A stretch of DNA of 64,000 nt from a virus. Positions 35,955 through 46,462 of the stretch are shown piece after piece. Both the position numbers and the translations under genes were made by a program. Below the pieces are notes generated by a model, which saw only the letters and a program-made list of their open reading frames with translations, had not been told where the DNA came from and searched no databases. How positions within the stretch are numbered: the first letter of the stretch is position 1; the number at the start of each line of letters is the position of its first letter. Location of the stretch: the IMG/VR virus record IMGVR_UViG_3300032313_000664, positions 1 to 64,000 of that record; one strand, given 5' to 3'.

Positions 35955-36671
35955 TTGCTACCTAATCAGCGTTCAAATTTTCGTAGAGCTAGATTTACAA
36001 CAACAGGTCTACGTCTACATCTAGACGCAGCATTGCCTGGTACAGTAATTAGAGACGGATCTGATTTTGTTTCCGCTTGGAACGACAAGTCTGGTGCAGG
36101 TCGGCACATGGTTCAAGCAACACAGGCAAATAAGCCACAATTTCTTGCTACTGGTCTAGGTGGACTAGGAGCCCTTCAGTTTGACGGAACAGATGACTTT
36201 ATGACATTCTCAGATCAAACACTAGCATATATCGCTGGAAGATCTTTTACAGTTTTTTATGTGGCTTCAAAACCAGCAAATACTAATACCTGGATTTTTG
36301 GCGGAACTAATACTGGAACAAGAACAAATTTTTTTGCAGGTAACTTAACAGCAAATACACATAGATCAGGATTTTATAATGACGACCAAGGTTCTATAGT
36401 TACAGCCGCAGCATCGGGAACAACAGAGATTTACACAATTGTTTATGATTCATCAAATAACCAAAGAACTATAAGAAGAAATAGAGTAGAAGTTTCACGT
36501 GCCGTAACAGGCGGATCAGTAGCTTCAATGACGGGACAAGCAATTGGCAGATATGTTTCATCCTATGGAAACTTTAAAATTGGAGAATTCTTAATTTACG
36601 ATAGAGCTTTGCAGTTCTCAGAACAAGAAACTGTTGAAAAAGATCTAATATCTAAGTGGTCTATAGTCTAA
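35955..36671 (+). CDS. concanavalin A/LamG-like lectin-fold protein
   Basis: LHLDA, WNDKSG, FDGTDD, IGEFLIYDRAL; TTG start. Confidence 0.75.
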   Translation: MLPNQRSNFRRARFTTTGLRLHLDAALPGTVIRDGSDFVSAWNDKSGAGRHMVQATQANKPQFLATGLGGLGALQFDGTDDFMTFSDQTLAYIAGRSFTVFYVASKPANTNTWIFGGTNTGTRTNFFAGNLTANTHRSGFYNDDQGSIVTAAASGTTEIYTIVYDSSNNQRTIRRNRVEVSRAVTGGSVASMTGQAIGRYVSSYGNFKIGEFLIYDRALQFSEQETVEKDLISKWSIV

Positions 36672-36686
36672 GGGAGGAAGTAAAGT

Positions 36687-39086
36687 ATGTCATATGCTCC
36701 AATTAGATTTGCAGGACCTTCATTAATTCCAGCATCTCCAGCCAAAATATACACGGCTGTATCTACAATAATTATTAAAGAATTTACTGTAACAAACTTC
36801 AGTGGTTCAACATTGCCATTTAGCATATTTTTGCTTGGAGAAAATGGCGATCAGGTTATTAACCTATACGGAGTAAATAGATCAAGCCTAGACCCATATA
36901 CACTTTATGGAAATGTTAACGTAGCAAATAACACAACTCTTAAGCTAGAGCACTCATTAATTTTAAATGCTGGAGAATCAATTGCAGCAGTTACAACAAC
37001 ACCAAATTGCTACTCATTAACAATATCTGGAGTAGATCTTTCAGGAACACTCTCTGGCGGAGGATCAACAGGCGGAACCACAGGAGCTTCAGGGGCAGGG
37101 TATTCTGATGTAACATCAATAACAACAAACCCAGTAACTACAGGCTCAAAAGTATTTTATGTAAACAATAGCGGTGCCTATACAGCGGGACAACGTGTTC
37201 GTGTAATTAATCCACTTGCACTAACAACATACGTTGAAGGAACTATTACGCAAGTTGTAAAGAATGTCAGCATTACAGTAGCTGTTGATGCAACAAATGG
37301 AACAGGAACATACTCTGAATGGGTATTTGCCGTTACTGGAAATCCAGGAACGTCTGGAACTTCAGGATCAAATGGTGCAACAGGTGCTACGGGTGCTACG
37401 GGAGTAGGTGCCACAGGCGCAACAGGAGCAACTGGCCCAACTGGAGCCAATGGAACATCTTTGACTTCGCAGGGAACAGTTCCAAATGTTGCTTCGCTAC
37501 CAACAACAAATGTATTTGTAGGTGCAACATATTTAGTGACAGATACTCAAGAAATGTATGTTTGGAATGGAACAGCGTTTTCAAATGCTGGTGTTTATAG
37601 GGGGCCTATCGGAGCAACTGGACCAGTAGGTGCCACAGGCGCAACAGGAGCAACTGGTCCAACTGGCGCAGCTGGAAGATCTATTAATATTAAAGGAACA
37701 AAAGCAAATATTGCTGCACTACCATCTTCAGGAAATACGTCTGGAGATTCATGGATTGTATTAACTGATTTACATCTTTATGTTTGGGACGGAGCAACTT
37801 GGCTAGATGCTGGGCAGTTCCAAGGCCCAACAGGTGCAACTGGACCAGCAACTATTTCAGTAGGTACAGTTTCTACAACTGGCCCAGCTGGGACACCTTC
37901 AGTAACAAATTCAGGAACATCATCGGTTGCAGTATTTGATTTTATTTTACAGCAAGGCCCAACTGGAATTACTGGTCCAACTGGAACTTCTGGCTCTGTT
38001 CAAATAGGAACAGTTGGATCCACTGGACCAACTGGAAATGCGTCTGTAACAAATTCAGGAACAGTAAATGCTGCAACGTTAGATTTTGTTTTAAAGCAGG
38101 GCCCAACAGGGCCTACAGGCCCAGCGGGACCTACAACAATAACTATAGGTACAGTATCTGCAACTGGCCCAACAGGAGTTCCTACAATAACAAATGTTGG
38201 AACAACAACTGATTTAATTTTAAATTTTGCATTACAACAAGGACCAGCAGGACTAACAGGTGCTACTGGCCCAACGGGTGCAGCAAGCACTGTAGTTGGA
38301 CCAACAGGACCAACAGGTTCAACTGGCCCAACAGGAGCTAACGGACAAGCTGGAGCCGATGGAAGCTCAGTTAGAATTTTAGGATCATATCCAACCGAAG
38401 CAGCGCTAAACGCTGCTAAACCATCAGGAAACATTTTAGGAGATGGTTATCTAGTTGCTGGAAATCTATTTGTATGGACTGGAACAGTTTGGACAGATGC
38501 TGGAAACATTCAGGGTCCAACAGGACCAACAGGTGTAGCGGGCCCAACAGGTGCAACAGGTGCAACGGGTGCAGTAGGTCCAACAGGAGCTAACGGATCT
38601 AGCATTCAAGGCCCAACAGGTGCAACAGGTGCAACAGGTTCTACAGGCGCAACAGGCGCAACAGGTGCTACAGGAGTAGGATCCCCAGGTGCAGCAGGAC
38701 CAACAGGACCAACAGGAGCAGACGGACCTGCAGGAGGACCAACAGGACCAACGGGACCAGCAGGTATAAGTATCACTGCTAATTATATTGTCACAAGTCC
38801 AGCAGGCGGCAGTTATAGTATAGACGGAGCTTCAGGAAATCCAACATTGACTTTATTAAGAGGACATACATATGTCTTTACGGTAAACGCCCAAGGACAC
38901 CCATTCTGGTTTCAAACAACTAGCGGTGCATACAACTCAGCAAATACTTTTGCTACTGGTGTAACAAACGGGGGAGACGATGTAGGAGGAATTACATTTA
39001 CTGTTCCACTTAGTGCGCCAAACAATTTGTATTACATTTGCCAATTCCATGCAAGTATGAACGGAATCATTAACATAATCGGTTAA
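36687..39086 (+). CDS. collagen-like (GPT/GAT) fibre with C-terminal cupredoxin-like module
   Basis: long Gly-X-Thr runs; GHPFW...YYICQFHASM. Confidence 0.8.
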   Translation: MSYAPIRFAGPSLIPASPAKIYTAVSTIIIKEFTVTNFSGSTLPFSIFLLGENGDQVINLYGVNRSSLDPYTLYGNVNVANNTTLKLEHSLILNAGESIAAVTTTPNCYSLTISGVDLSGTLSGGGSTGGTTGASGAGYSDVTSITTNPVTTGSKVFYVNNSGAYTAGQRVRVINPLALTTYVEGTITQVVKNVSITVAVDATNGTGTYSEWVFAVTGNPGTSGTSGSNGATGATGATGVGATGATGATGPTGANGTSLTSQGTVPNVASLPTTNVFVGATYLVTDTQEMYVWNGTAFSNAGVYRGPIGATGPVGATGATGATGPTGAAGRSINIKGTKANIAALPSSGNTSGDSWIVLTDLHLYVWDGATWLDAGQFQGPTGATGPATISVGTVSTTGPAGTPSVTNSGTSSVAVFDFILQQGPTGITGPTGTSGSVQIGTVGSTGPTGNASVTNSGTVNAATLDFVLKQGPTGPTGPAGPTTITIGTVSATGPTGVPTITNVGTTTDLILNFALQQGPAGLTGATGPTGAASTVVGPTGPTGSTGPTGANGQAGADGSSVRILGSYPTEAALNAAKPSGNILGDGYLVAGNLFVWTGTVWTDAGNIQGPTGPTGVAGPTGATGATGAVGPTGANGSSIQGPTGATGATGSTGATGATGATGVGSPGAAGPTGPTGADGPAGGPTGPTGPAGISITANYIVTSPAGGSYSIDGASGNPTLTLLRGHTYVFTVNAQGHPFWFQTTSGAYNSANTFATGVTNGGDDVGGITFTVPLSAPNNLYYICQFHASMNGIINIIG

Positions 39087-39112
39087 TGTTTATAGCTAAA
39101 GCAAGGAAATAA

Positions 39113-40174
39113 ATGAAAATAGCAGTATATACAATTGCTTTGAATGAAGAGCAATTTGTTAAGCGTTGGTACGAGTCTGCACAAGATGCAGATTATTTGT
39201 TGATTGCAGATACAGGGTCAACTGATAAAACAAAAGAAATAGCATTAAATCTAGGCATAGAAGTTTATTCTATATCCGTGGCCCCCTGGCGATTTGATGA
39301 TGCTAGAAATGCAGCTCTTGCACTAATACCGTCTGATATAGATTACTGCATATCTTTAGACATGGATGAGGTGTTGTCAGAAGGATGGAGAGAAGAATTA
39401 GAAAAACTTCCTTCTTCGGTAACAAGGCCAATACATAGACTAGTTACTTCATTTGATGAAGATGGGAAACCAGGTGTAGAATTTGATGCACTAAGAATTC
39501 ATTCAAGACATGGTCATAGATGGAAATACCCAATACATGAATCTGTTGCATTTTACGGAATAGATGAAGTAAGACAAAATGTTGATATTAAGATATACCA
39601 CTACCCAGATAATAATAAATCAAGAGGGCAATATCTTCCGTTGTTAGCAATGGCGGCACAAGAAGATCCTACAAGCGACAGGTGTGCACATTATTATGCA
39701 AGAGAGCTTTTCTATTATGCCAGATATGAAGAAGCAGCAATTGAGTTTAAAAGGCATCTAGAATTACCTTCGGCTTTCTGGAAGCCAGAGAGATGTGAGT
39801 CTATGAGGTATATTGCAAGGTGTGAGCCAAACAACAAAGAGTACTGGCTCAGGCTGGCTATTGCAGAATGCCCAGAAAGAAGAGAGCCTTTTGTAGATCT
39901 TGCTCAATATTTTTATGAGCTTCAAGAATGGGATAGAGTAAAAGAATATTCAGAGCTTGCCTTAAATATAAAAGAAAAATTTCTAGGATATTTCTGCGAA
40001 GCAGATGCCTGGGGATGGAAGCCACACGACCTATTAGCGCTGGCTAACTTTAATTTAGGACTAGACGAAGAGGCACTACTTCATGGTAAAATTGCATTAG
40101 ATCTTAATAATGATGACAGGCTAAAAAAGAATGTAGAGTTCTATCAGCTAGCTCTGTCAAATACTGGAGAATAA
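39113..40174 (+). CDS. GT2 glycosyltransferase with C-terminal TPR repeats
   Basis: IALNEE, ADTGSTD, FDDARN, LDMDE, IHE; helical repeats. Confidence 0.85.
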   Translation: MKIAVYTIALNEEQFVKRWYESAQDADYLLIADTGSTDKTKEIALNLGIEVYSISVAPWRFDDARNAALALIPSDIDYCISLDMDEVLSEGWREELEKLPSSVTRPIHRLVTSFDEDGKPGVEFDALRIHSRHGHRWKYPIHESVAFYGIDEVRQNVDIKIYHYPDNNKSRGQYLPLLAMAAQEDPTSDRCAHYYARELFYYARYEEAAIEFKRHLELPSAFWKPERCESMRYIARCEPNNKEYWLRLAIAECPERREPFVDLAQYFYELQEWDRVKEYSELALNIKEKFLGYFCEADAWGWKPHDLLALANFNLGLDEEALLHGKIALDLNNDDRLKKNVEFYQLALSNTGE

Positions 40175-41934
40175 TGTCATACAGATTAAAGGTAATAAAA
40201 GATAGCCCAATCGGGTTTTGGATGCTTGACGAATCTTCGAGTAGCTCAGTAGCCATGGACTATTCAGGCTGCAATAACAATGGTGCTTATACTGGATCTC
40301 CTGCTACAAATATTTTGCCACTTGTTCCAGGCGGGGGATCAGGAACAAAGATTACAAACCTATCCTATATAACTTTCCCTATAACAAATAACTATTACAC
40401 AACAACCTCCACTCCAGGAATGGCAACAAAGTATTCCTCAGATAACGACTTTACAGTAGAGTGCTGGATTAATCAATCAATTGAGTCTACTTCAAAAACA
40501 ACATTATTTGCAGACGATACCAGCAAGATCGGTCTCTACTGGGATAGAGGAGATATTGTATTTAGGGTTTCTCAGGATGATGAAATAAGATACCCAGTAA
40601 CGTATTCAAAAAGATCAATGCACATAGTTGGAGTGTATTCAATTTCTTCAATTTCCTTATATGTTGACGCAAGGCTCGTGGCAACAAAATCTTTATCCCC
40701 TGACTTTAAATTTACAAATACATTAATTGCATTTACAGCGGGGCCAACATCGAATGTATCAGACTCATTTATAATTGATGCTCCAGCAATATACAGATAT
40801 TCTATTTCTCCACAATCAATACTAAGCCATTTCAATGCAGGAAGCGTTTCATCTTCTGCAATACAAATTGTTGCTCCAGATCAAGGTATATTGTTTTCAG
40901 GCACAGACGCATCTATTAGAGCTCAATTCCAATACTCATATCCTATCAATAGAAGATGGACGGAATTCCTAGACGAAAATACATACTATGATGAAGCGGC
41001 AGGATATATTTCATTTTATAAGACCGATACCCCTGTAGCTAAAACATTTATCATAGAAGACTTCTTTATGGTTCCAAGCGGGATCCCGTATGTAACCTCA
41101 AAGGTTGAGTGGAGAAATGATTTAAATATATCTGTTGAGTCAAGCGTAGATGGATTGGCATGGCAAAATTGTACAAATGGAATGCCATTACCTCAATATA
41201 CAAAAGATGGATTTAGCACAACAGGTCTAGTCTATTTAAAGATAACCATGACAACTTCAGATGCTAGTAAATATCTTCCAAGACTTGCATATTTTGCAGT
41301 AAGCTTTTATACAAATAAAGATGTATATGCAGATAACTTTGGATACAAGATATCATCTCCAGCTGAATACTATATTGGATCATTAAATTACCCAGTTCTT
41401 TCAAGACATTATGATAATGGAATAAGAACAAAGGCAGGGTCTGGATTTAACCTGTCCGCCTCCTCACCTGTTAACTCTACAGAAATGCTCTTCACGCCCT
41501 CTACAAGCGCCGCTAACACCCTAATCTATTTACCTGCGGCTGAAGGTGTGCCAGAAACAAAGTATGCCTGGAACGGCTCTGGGACGGTCTCAAAGGCAAA
41601 CATCCTATCAATATTTATAAACGGAGTTGACAGAACATCGGCAACGAACATAAGCTCGTTTTTAGTAGAAGAAGAACTTCATCATATAGTAATTAACTTT
41701 ACTGCACCAATTTTAGGTGATATACAGTTTAACTATTTAGTATCTGGCGGGCCAACATCCCTATATAATAATATTGCCGTATACCCAAATAGCTTTACTC
41801 AGCAACTTGTAAACACCCACTACGGTTTATATATAGGAAAGGCTTCTGTATCTGTTTCAGATCCGTCCATATCTGTGACAGAAAAACCATTCAGGGCATA
41901 CAATAACGACTGGATTGTGTTACAAAGTATATAA
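40174..41934 (+). CDS. LamG-domain minor structural protein
   Basis: PIGFWMLDE, FTVECWI, IDAPAIYRY. Confidence 0.65.
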   Translation: MSYRLKVIKDSPIGFWMLDESSSSSVAMDYSGCNNNGAYTGSPATNILPLVPGGGSGTKITNLSYITFPITNNYYTTTSTPGMATKYSSDNDFTVECWINQSIESTSKTTLFADDTSKIGLYWDRGDIVFRVSQDDEIRYPVTYSKRSMHIVGVYSISSISLYVDARLVATKSLSPDFKFTNTLIAFTAGPTSNVSDSFIIDAPAIYRYSISPQSILSHFNAGSVSSSAIQIVAPDQGILFSGTDASIRAQFQYSYPINRRWTEFLDENTYYDEAAGYISFYKTDTPVAKTFIIEDFFMVPSGIPYVTSKVEWRNDLNISVESSVDGLAWQNCTNGMPLPQYTKDGFSTTGLVYLKITMTTSDASKYLPRLAYFAVSFYTNKDVYADNFGYKISSPAEYYIGSLNYPVLSRHYDNGIRTKAGSGFNLSASSPVNSTEMLFTPSTSAANTLIYLPAAEGVPETKYAWNGSGTVSKANILSIFINGVDRTSATNISSFLVEEELHHIVINFTAPILGDIQFNYLVSGGPTSLYNNIAVYPNSFTQQLVNTHYGLYIGKASVSVSDPSISVTEKPFRAYNNDWIVLQSI

Positions 41935-41997
41935 TTCTGTCACAACAGTTGACAAAAAGCTGGACTTGAGTAGACAATAATGGTAAAATAAAGTCCT

Positions 41998-42339
41998 ATG
42001 GATATCAATAATACTAAATACAAGGTTCTTGATGAAGAGAGCACCCTAGGCATATATGTCTGGGAGATGCCTGACGGCAGATGGATTGGAGACGACGATG
42101 GGAATTTTCTTTCAGTCACGTCAAAAAAAGGCAATAGATCCAGAATCGATGCTTTGGCTAGAGAAGTTCGCACATTCGGTATATATGAAGGCGGGCCTAA
42201 ATTTCTTTCTGCAAGAAGAAAAATTGATGACGAAGAATTTGAATACCAAAAACAAAGACTTAACTGGGGATTAATTCCAGACCCTATGGATATTGGTAAC
42301 TATAAAGATGAAATGAAAAAGATGGGTGGCATGAAATGA
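41998..42339 (+). CDS. conserved hypothetical protein preceding portal
   Basis: ORF track; upstream TGGTAAAAT extended -10. Confidence 0.8.
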   Translation: MDINNTKYKVLDEESTLGIYVWEMPDGRWIGDDDGNFLSVTSKKGNRSRIDALAREVRTFGIYEGGPKFLSARRKIDDEEFEYQKQRLNWGLIPDPMDIGNYKDEMKKMGGMK

Positions 42340-43907
42340 TTGAGGTTCAAGAAGAAGACGGAAATACAATTGATATATCTAACACAGCCGACTGGTTTTC
42401 TTTTAAAAAAGAGCAGCCAACAAGTGACCCATTTGCAATAAGCGGAGATGACCTAAAAAAAGTAAGAGGCTTAGGAACAGCATTTAAAAGAAAAATTAAC
42501 CGAGAGTTTTCAAAAGCTTTTACAGGAATTGAAGGCGTAGGCACACAACAAAATCTTCTTGCACAGGCTATTAGTGGCTATGCAATGTTTGACCTTATTG
42601 AGCCACCATACAACCAAGAATATCTATCGAAAATTTATGAAGTGTCAACATATAACTATGCAGCAATTAATGCAAAGGTTGCAAACATTGTTGGGCTAGG
42701 ATACGATTTTGTTGAAACAAAAAAGACAAATGATGCATTTGATTCAATAACAGATGAGAAGCAATTAGAAAGAGCCCGCAAAAAGCTTAACAGGTTGCGC
42801 CAAGACCTACACGAATGGTTGGATACAACAAATGAAGAAGATACCTTTACTCAAACATTAATTAAGGTGTACACAGATTTAGAGGCAACAGGAAATGGCT
42901 ATATTGAAATAGGCAGAACTACAGGCGGAAACATCGGATACATTGGGCATATTCCTGCAAAGACAATGCGTGTACGTAGACTAAGAGATGGCTTTGTTCA
43001 ATTGCTTTACGGCAAGGCAGTCTTCTTTAATAATTTCGGAGACACAGAAACAGAGAATCCAATTGCTGGACAAGAAGATCGACCAAATGAAATTATACAT
43101 TTAAAGAAGTACACACCAATGAACAACTACTACGGCATACCAGATATTGTGGCTGCTCAGGTTGCTCTAACTGGCAATGAATTTTCTGGAAGATATAACC
43201 TAGATTACTTTGAAAATAAGGCGGTCCCAAGATATATTATTACAGTAAAGGGAGCAAAGCTTTCACCAGAGTCAGAAAGAAAGCTGCTTGAATTTTTCCA
43301 GGTGGGGTTAAAGGGCAAAAACCATAGATCTCTATATGTCCCACTTCCATCAGATACCCCTGACTCAAAAGTTGAATTTAAGATGGAGCCAATTGAAGCT
43401 GGAAACCAAGAAGGCTCATTTGAGAAATATCGTAAATCAAATAGAGATGAAATTTTGCTAGCCCACCGTGTTCCAATTAATAAAATAGGAACACCAGAGG
43501 GAGTTAATTTGGCTGTTGCTCGTGACGCAGATAAGACATTTAAAGAGCAAGTCTGTAGACCCGCCCAGATGATTCTGGAAAAGAAAATTAATAATATATT
43601 CGGCGAGAAGACAGACGCATTGCTTTTAAAGTTTAATGAATTAACATTGACTGACGAAGATACCCAGTCTAAAATTGACGAAAGATATTTAAGAATGCAG
43701 GTCATTACCCCTAATGAAGTTAGAATTAGAAAAGGCATGATTCCAATTGATGGCGGAGATAAGGTCGTAGACCTTCAAGCCCAAGCAGCAGAAATTAGAG
43801 CCCAAGCTGGGAACACCAGACAAAGGTCTCAAGATCGCCAAGCAAATTCCCCAGATGTTTCTGGAGAAGGAAGAAATGCTAAAGGCGACGGCAGACAAGT
43901 TGACTAA
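42336..43907 (+). CDS. portal protein
   Basis: TGNGYIEI, EIIH.K, YYGIP, HRVP, ITPNEVR. Confidence 0.9.
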   Translation: MIEVQEEDGNTIDISNTADWFSFKKEQPTSDPFAISGDDLKKVRGLGTAFKRKINREFSKAFTGIEGVGTQQNLLAQAISGYAMFDLIEPPYNQEYLSKIYEVSTYNYAAINAKVANIVGLGYDFVETKKTNDAFDSITDEKQLERARKKLNRLRQDLHEWLDTTNEEDTFTQTLIKVYTDLEATGNGYIEIGRTTGGNIGYIGHIPAKTMRVRRLRDGFVQLLYGKAVFFNNFGDTETENPIAGQEDRPNEIIHLKKYTPMNNYYGIPDIVAAQVALTGNEFSGRYNLDYFENKAVPRYIITVKGAKLSPESERKLLEFFQVGLKGKNHRSLYVPLPSDTPDSKVEFKMEPIEAGNQEGSFEKYRKSNRDEILLAHRVPINKIGTPEGVNLAVARDADKTFKEQVCRPAQMILEKKINNIFGEKTDALLLKFNELTLTDEDTQSKIDERYLRMQVITPNEVRIRKGMIPIDGGDKVVDLQAQAAEIRAQAGNTRQRSQDRQANSPDVSGEGRNAKGDGRQVD

Positions 43908-43924
43908 CCCCACTCAACTGTTAT

Positions 43925-43953
43925 TTGCCTTTTTATCTATAAGTCGCTAAAAT
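43925..43953 (+). promoter_or_regulatory. SigA-type promoter TTGCCT-N17-TAAAAT (likely leaderless transcript)
   Basis: ATG 7 nt after -10; same hexamers at 49570-49599. Confidence 0.55.
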
Positions 43954-43960
43954 TAAGCAT

Positions 43961-45301
43961 ATGAATATTGAAAAGTCTTTGTGGTCCAGTCATGGCGACA
44001 ACATCAGTCTATCGGTTCCCTTTACAAAGGTTAACCGTGAAAAAAGAACGGTGTCAGGATTCGCTACATTAGATAATGTTGATCAGACAGGCGACGTTGT
44101 CACAGCAGAAGCAAGCCTAAAAGCTTTTGAAGGCTTTAGAGGAAATCTTCGTGAGATGCATAACTCAACAGCAGTTGGCAAGGTTGTTTCATTTAAGCCA
44201 GAAACATACTACGATCCAAAATCAAAAGAATTTTATAACGGTGTATATGTAGATGCATATATCTCAAAAGGCGCACAGGACACTTGGGAAAAAGTTTTAG
44301 ACGGAACCCTATCTGGATTCTCAATCGGCGGTAAGATTAATGAGTCAGACAATGAAGTCAATAAGGCAAATGGCAAGACAGTAAGATTTATTAAGGATTA
44401 CGATTTGATTGAATTGTCAATTGTAGATTCTCCAGCAAATGAACTTTGCAATGTTCTGTCTATTCAAAAGGTAAACGGCCAATTGATATTTAAAGGAATT
44501 GCAACTGAAGTAGTAACAGAAAATATTTTTTATTGTGAAGAAAGCAATTCTGTTTTTATCTCAACAGAAAAAACATATGACTCTCCAGTATCTGGAAAGC
44601 CAGCACAACTAATTGGTTGGGTTGAGAGCTCAGATGTTAACAAGTCAAAAGAGATTGATAAGATTCTTGATGCATATAAGCATTCAAGATTTACGTTGCC
44701 TGATACACAAATAGCAAAACAGGCAAACGCAGAAGGAGGTAATGAAGTGTCAGAAAATACAGAAAACGTAGTTGTTGAAGATGCAGCTGTTGAAGCAGCA
44801 CCAGAAGCAACCGTAGAAGAGACAACAGAAGTTGCAGCAGATGCAGCACCTGCAGTCGAAGATGCTCCTGCAGAAGATGCAGTAGCGGAAGACACAGCTG
44901 CCGAGACTCTGGAAAAAGTAGCCGACGTATCAGAAGATAAGGTTGAAGAACCTGATTTTGCAAAGATGTTAGGCGACCTAAAGGGCTTTTTCTCAGAAAC
45001 TCTAAATAAGGCATCAGAAGTTAATGCAGCACAAGTAACAACAATCCAAGAGACTGTTGAAGCTTTCAGCAAGAGCGTAGACGCTAGAATTTCAGAGTTG
45101 GCAGAACAACACACAGTGCTATCAAGTGCTGTAAAAGATATCAAGAGCACGATTGATGGTGTACAAAAGCGTGTCGATGCAGTAGAGTCCGAGACTGCAA
45201 TTAAGAAGTCTTCTGATCTTGGCCGATCAGAGGAAGTAACAATCAAGAAATCTAAATGGAACGGTTCTTTCCTCGGTTCCGTGAACGAAATATTTAACTA
45301 A
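43961..45301 (+). CDS. prohead protease fused to scaffold-like acidic/coiled-coil region
   Basis: REMH, GFSIGG, ELSIVDSPAN; possible internal GTG start after GGAGG near 44747. Confidence 0.85.
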   Translation: MNIEKSLWSSHGDNISLSVPFTKVNREKRTVSGFATLDNVDQTGDVVTAEASLKAFEGFRGNLREMHNSTAVGKVVSFKPETYYDPKSKEFYNGVYVDAYISKGAQDTWEKVLDGTLSGFSIGGKINESDNEVNKANGKTVRFIKDYDLIELSIVDSPANELCNVLSIQKVNGQLIFKGIATEVVTENIFYCEESNSVFISTEKTYDSPVSGKPAQLIGWVESSDVNKSKEIDKILDAYKHSRFTLPDTQIAKQANAEGGNEVSENTENVVVEDAAVEAAPEATVEETTEVAADAAPAVEDAPAEDAVAEDTAAETLEKVADVSEDKVEEPDFAKMLGDLKGFFSETLNKASEVNAAQVTTIQETVEAFSKSVDARISELAEQHTVLSSAVKDIKSTIDGVQKRVDAVESETAIKKSSDLGRSEEVTIKKSKWNGSFLGSVNEIFN

Positions 45302-45316
45302 GGTAGGTATAATAAT

Positions 45317-46366
45317 ATGAGCAATGAACTATTAGAAAAAGCAGCCGCAGCTGGTGCAACAGTATCAACTGGATTTGGCTCAACAACTGGTGGAACAGGA
45401 GTACACAGAGCTTCCGAAAACGGAAACGGTGGACTACTTAACCCAGAACAATCTGCTCGCTTCCTAGACTATATGTTCGACGCAACCGTAATCGGTAAGG
45501 TTGCCCGCACAGTTAGACTTAAGGCAGACACAGCAGAGATTGACCGTATGTCAATCGGCGAGAAGCTTATGCGTCTCGCATCAGAAGGAGAAAACACTGG
45601 AGAAAACAGTGCAGTAACTTTCTCAAAGATCTCTTTGACAACAAAGAAGCTTCGTATGGACTGGGAGCTTTCAACAGAGTCTCTAGAAGACAACATTGAA
45701 GGTGCAGACCTAGAAGATCACATTGCCCGCTTGATGGCAACACAAGCAGGAAATGACATCGAAGATGTTATCCTTAACGGAAACACATCACTTTCTTCAG
45801 ACGCACTTTACAAGTCATTTGATGGCGTTGTAAAGAAGGCAAAGACACACGGACGTGTTGTCGATGCAAACGGCGCTGGAGTTTCTCGTGAAGTATTCAA
45901 CAAGGCACTTAAGGCTATGCCACGTAAGTACAAGCAACGTCGTGGAGACCTTCGCTTCCTTGCTGGATCAAACTTGATTCAGGACTTCCTATATGCTAAC
46001 AGCATTGGAACAAACCAAACAATTCCACAAGATATCGCTTCAAGCGTTATCCGTGGTGGAGTTGCACCACTAGGTGGACCTGCAGGATATGTGGCACCAT
46101 TCGCATTCGGTATTCCGATTGTTGAAGTTCCACTTCTTCCAGAGACACAAGCTGGAGATTACTCAGGACAAACTGGTTCACACGGAGATATCCACTTGAC
46201 ATTCCCAAATAACGTAGTTATTGGTATCAAGCGTGATGTAACTGTTTACCGTTTCTTCTGGCCACGTAAGGACTCAATCGAGTACACAATGTACACACGT
46301 GTTGGCGTCCAAATCGAACAAGCTGACGCTTGGGTAGTCGTAAAGAACGTTAAGGTTGCTTCTTAA
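45317..46366 (+). CDS. major capsid protein (HK97 fold)
   Basis: GGLLNPEQ, ESLEDNIE, GIPIVEVP; position after protease. Confidence 0.9.
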   Translation: MSNELLEKAAAAGATVSTGFGSTTGGTGVHRASENGNGGLLNPEQSARFLDYMFDATVIGKVARTVRLKADTAEIDRMSIGEKLMRLASEGENTGENSAVTFSKISLTTKKLRMDWELSTESLEDNIEGADLEDHIARLMATQAGNDIEDVILNGNTSLSSDALYKSFDGVVKKAKTHGRVVDANGAGVSREVFNKALKAMPRKYKQRRGDLRFLAGSNLIQDFLYANSIGTNQTIPQDIASSVIRGGVAPLGGPAGYVAPFAFGIPIVEVPLLPETQAGDYSGQTGSHGDIHLTFPNNVVIGIKRDVTVYRFFWPRKDSIEYTMYTRVGVQIEQADAWVVVKNVKVAS

Positions 46367-46381
46367 TTAGAATTAACCCAA

Positions 46382-46418
46382 GAAAGGCCCCCAATTAATT
46401 TTGGGGGCTTTTCATTTT
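46382..46418 (+). terminator. intrinsic terminator after capsid gene
   Basis: GAAAGGCCCCCAA/TTGGGGGCTTTTC plus T-run. Confidence 0.8.
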
Positions 46419-46462
46419 AATTTAACAATGCTATAATTGAAGAACCTAACAAAGGAGAATAT

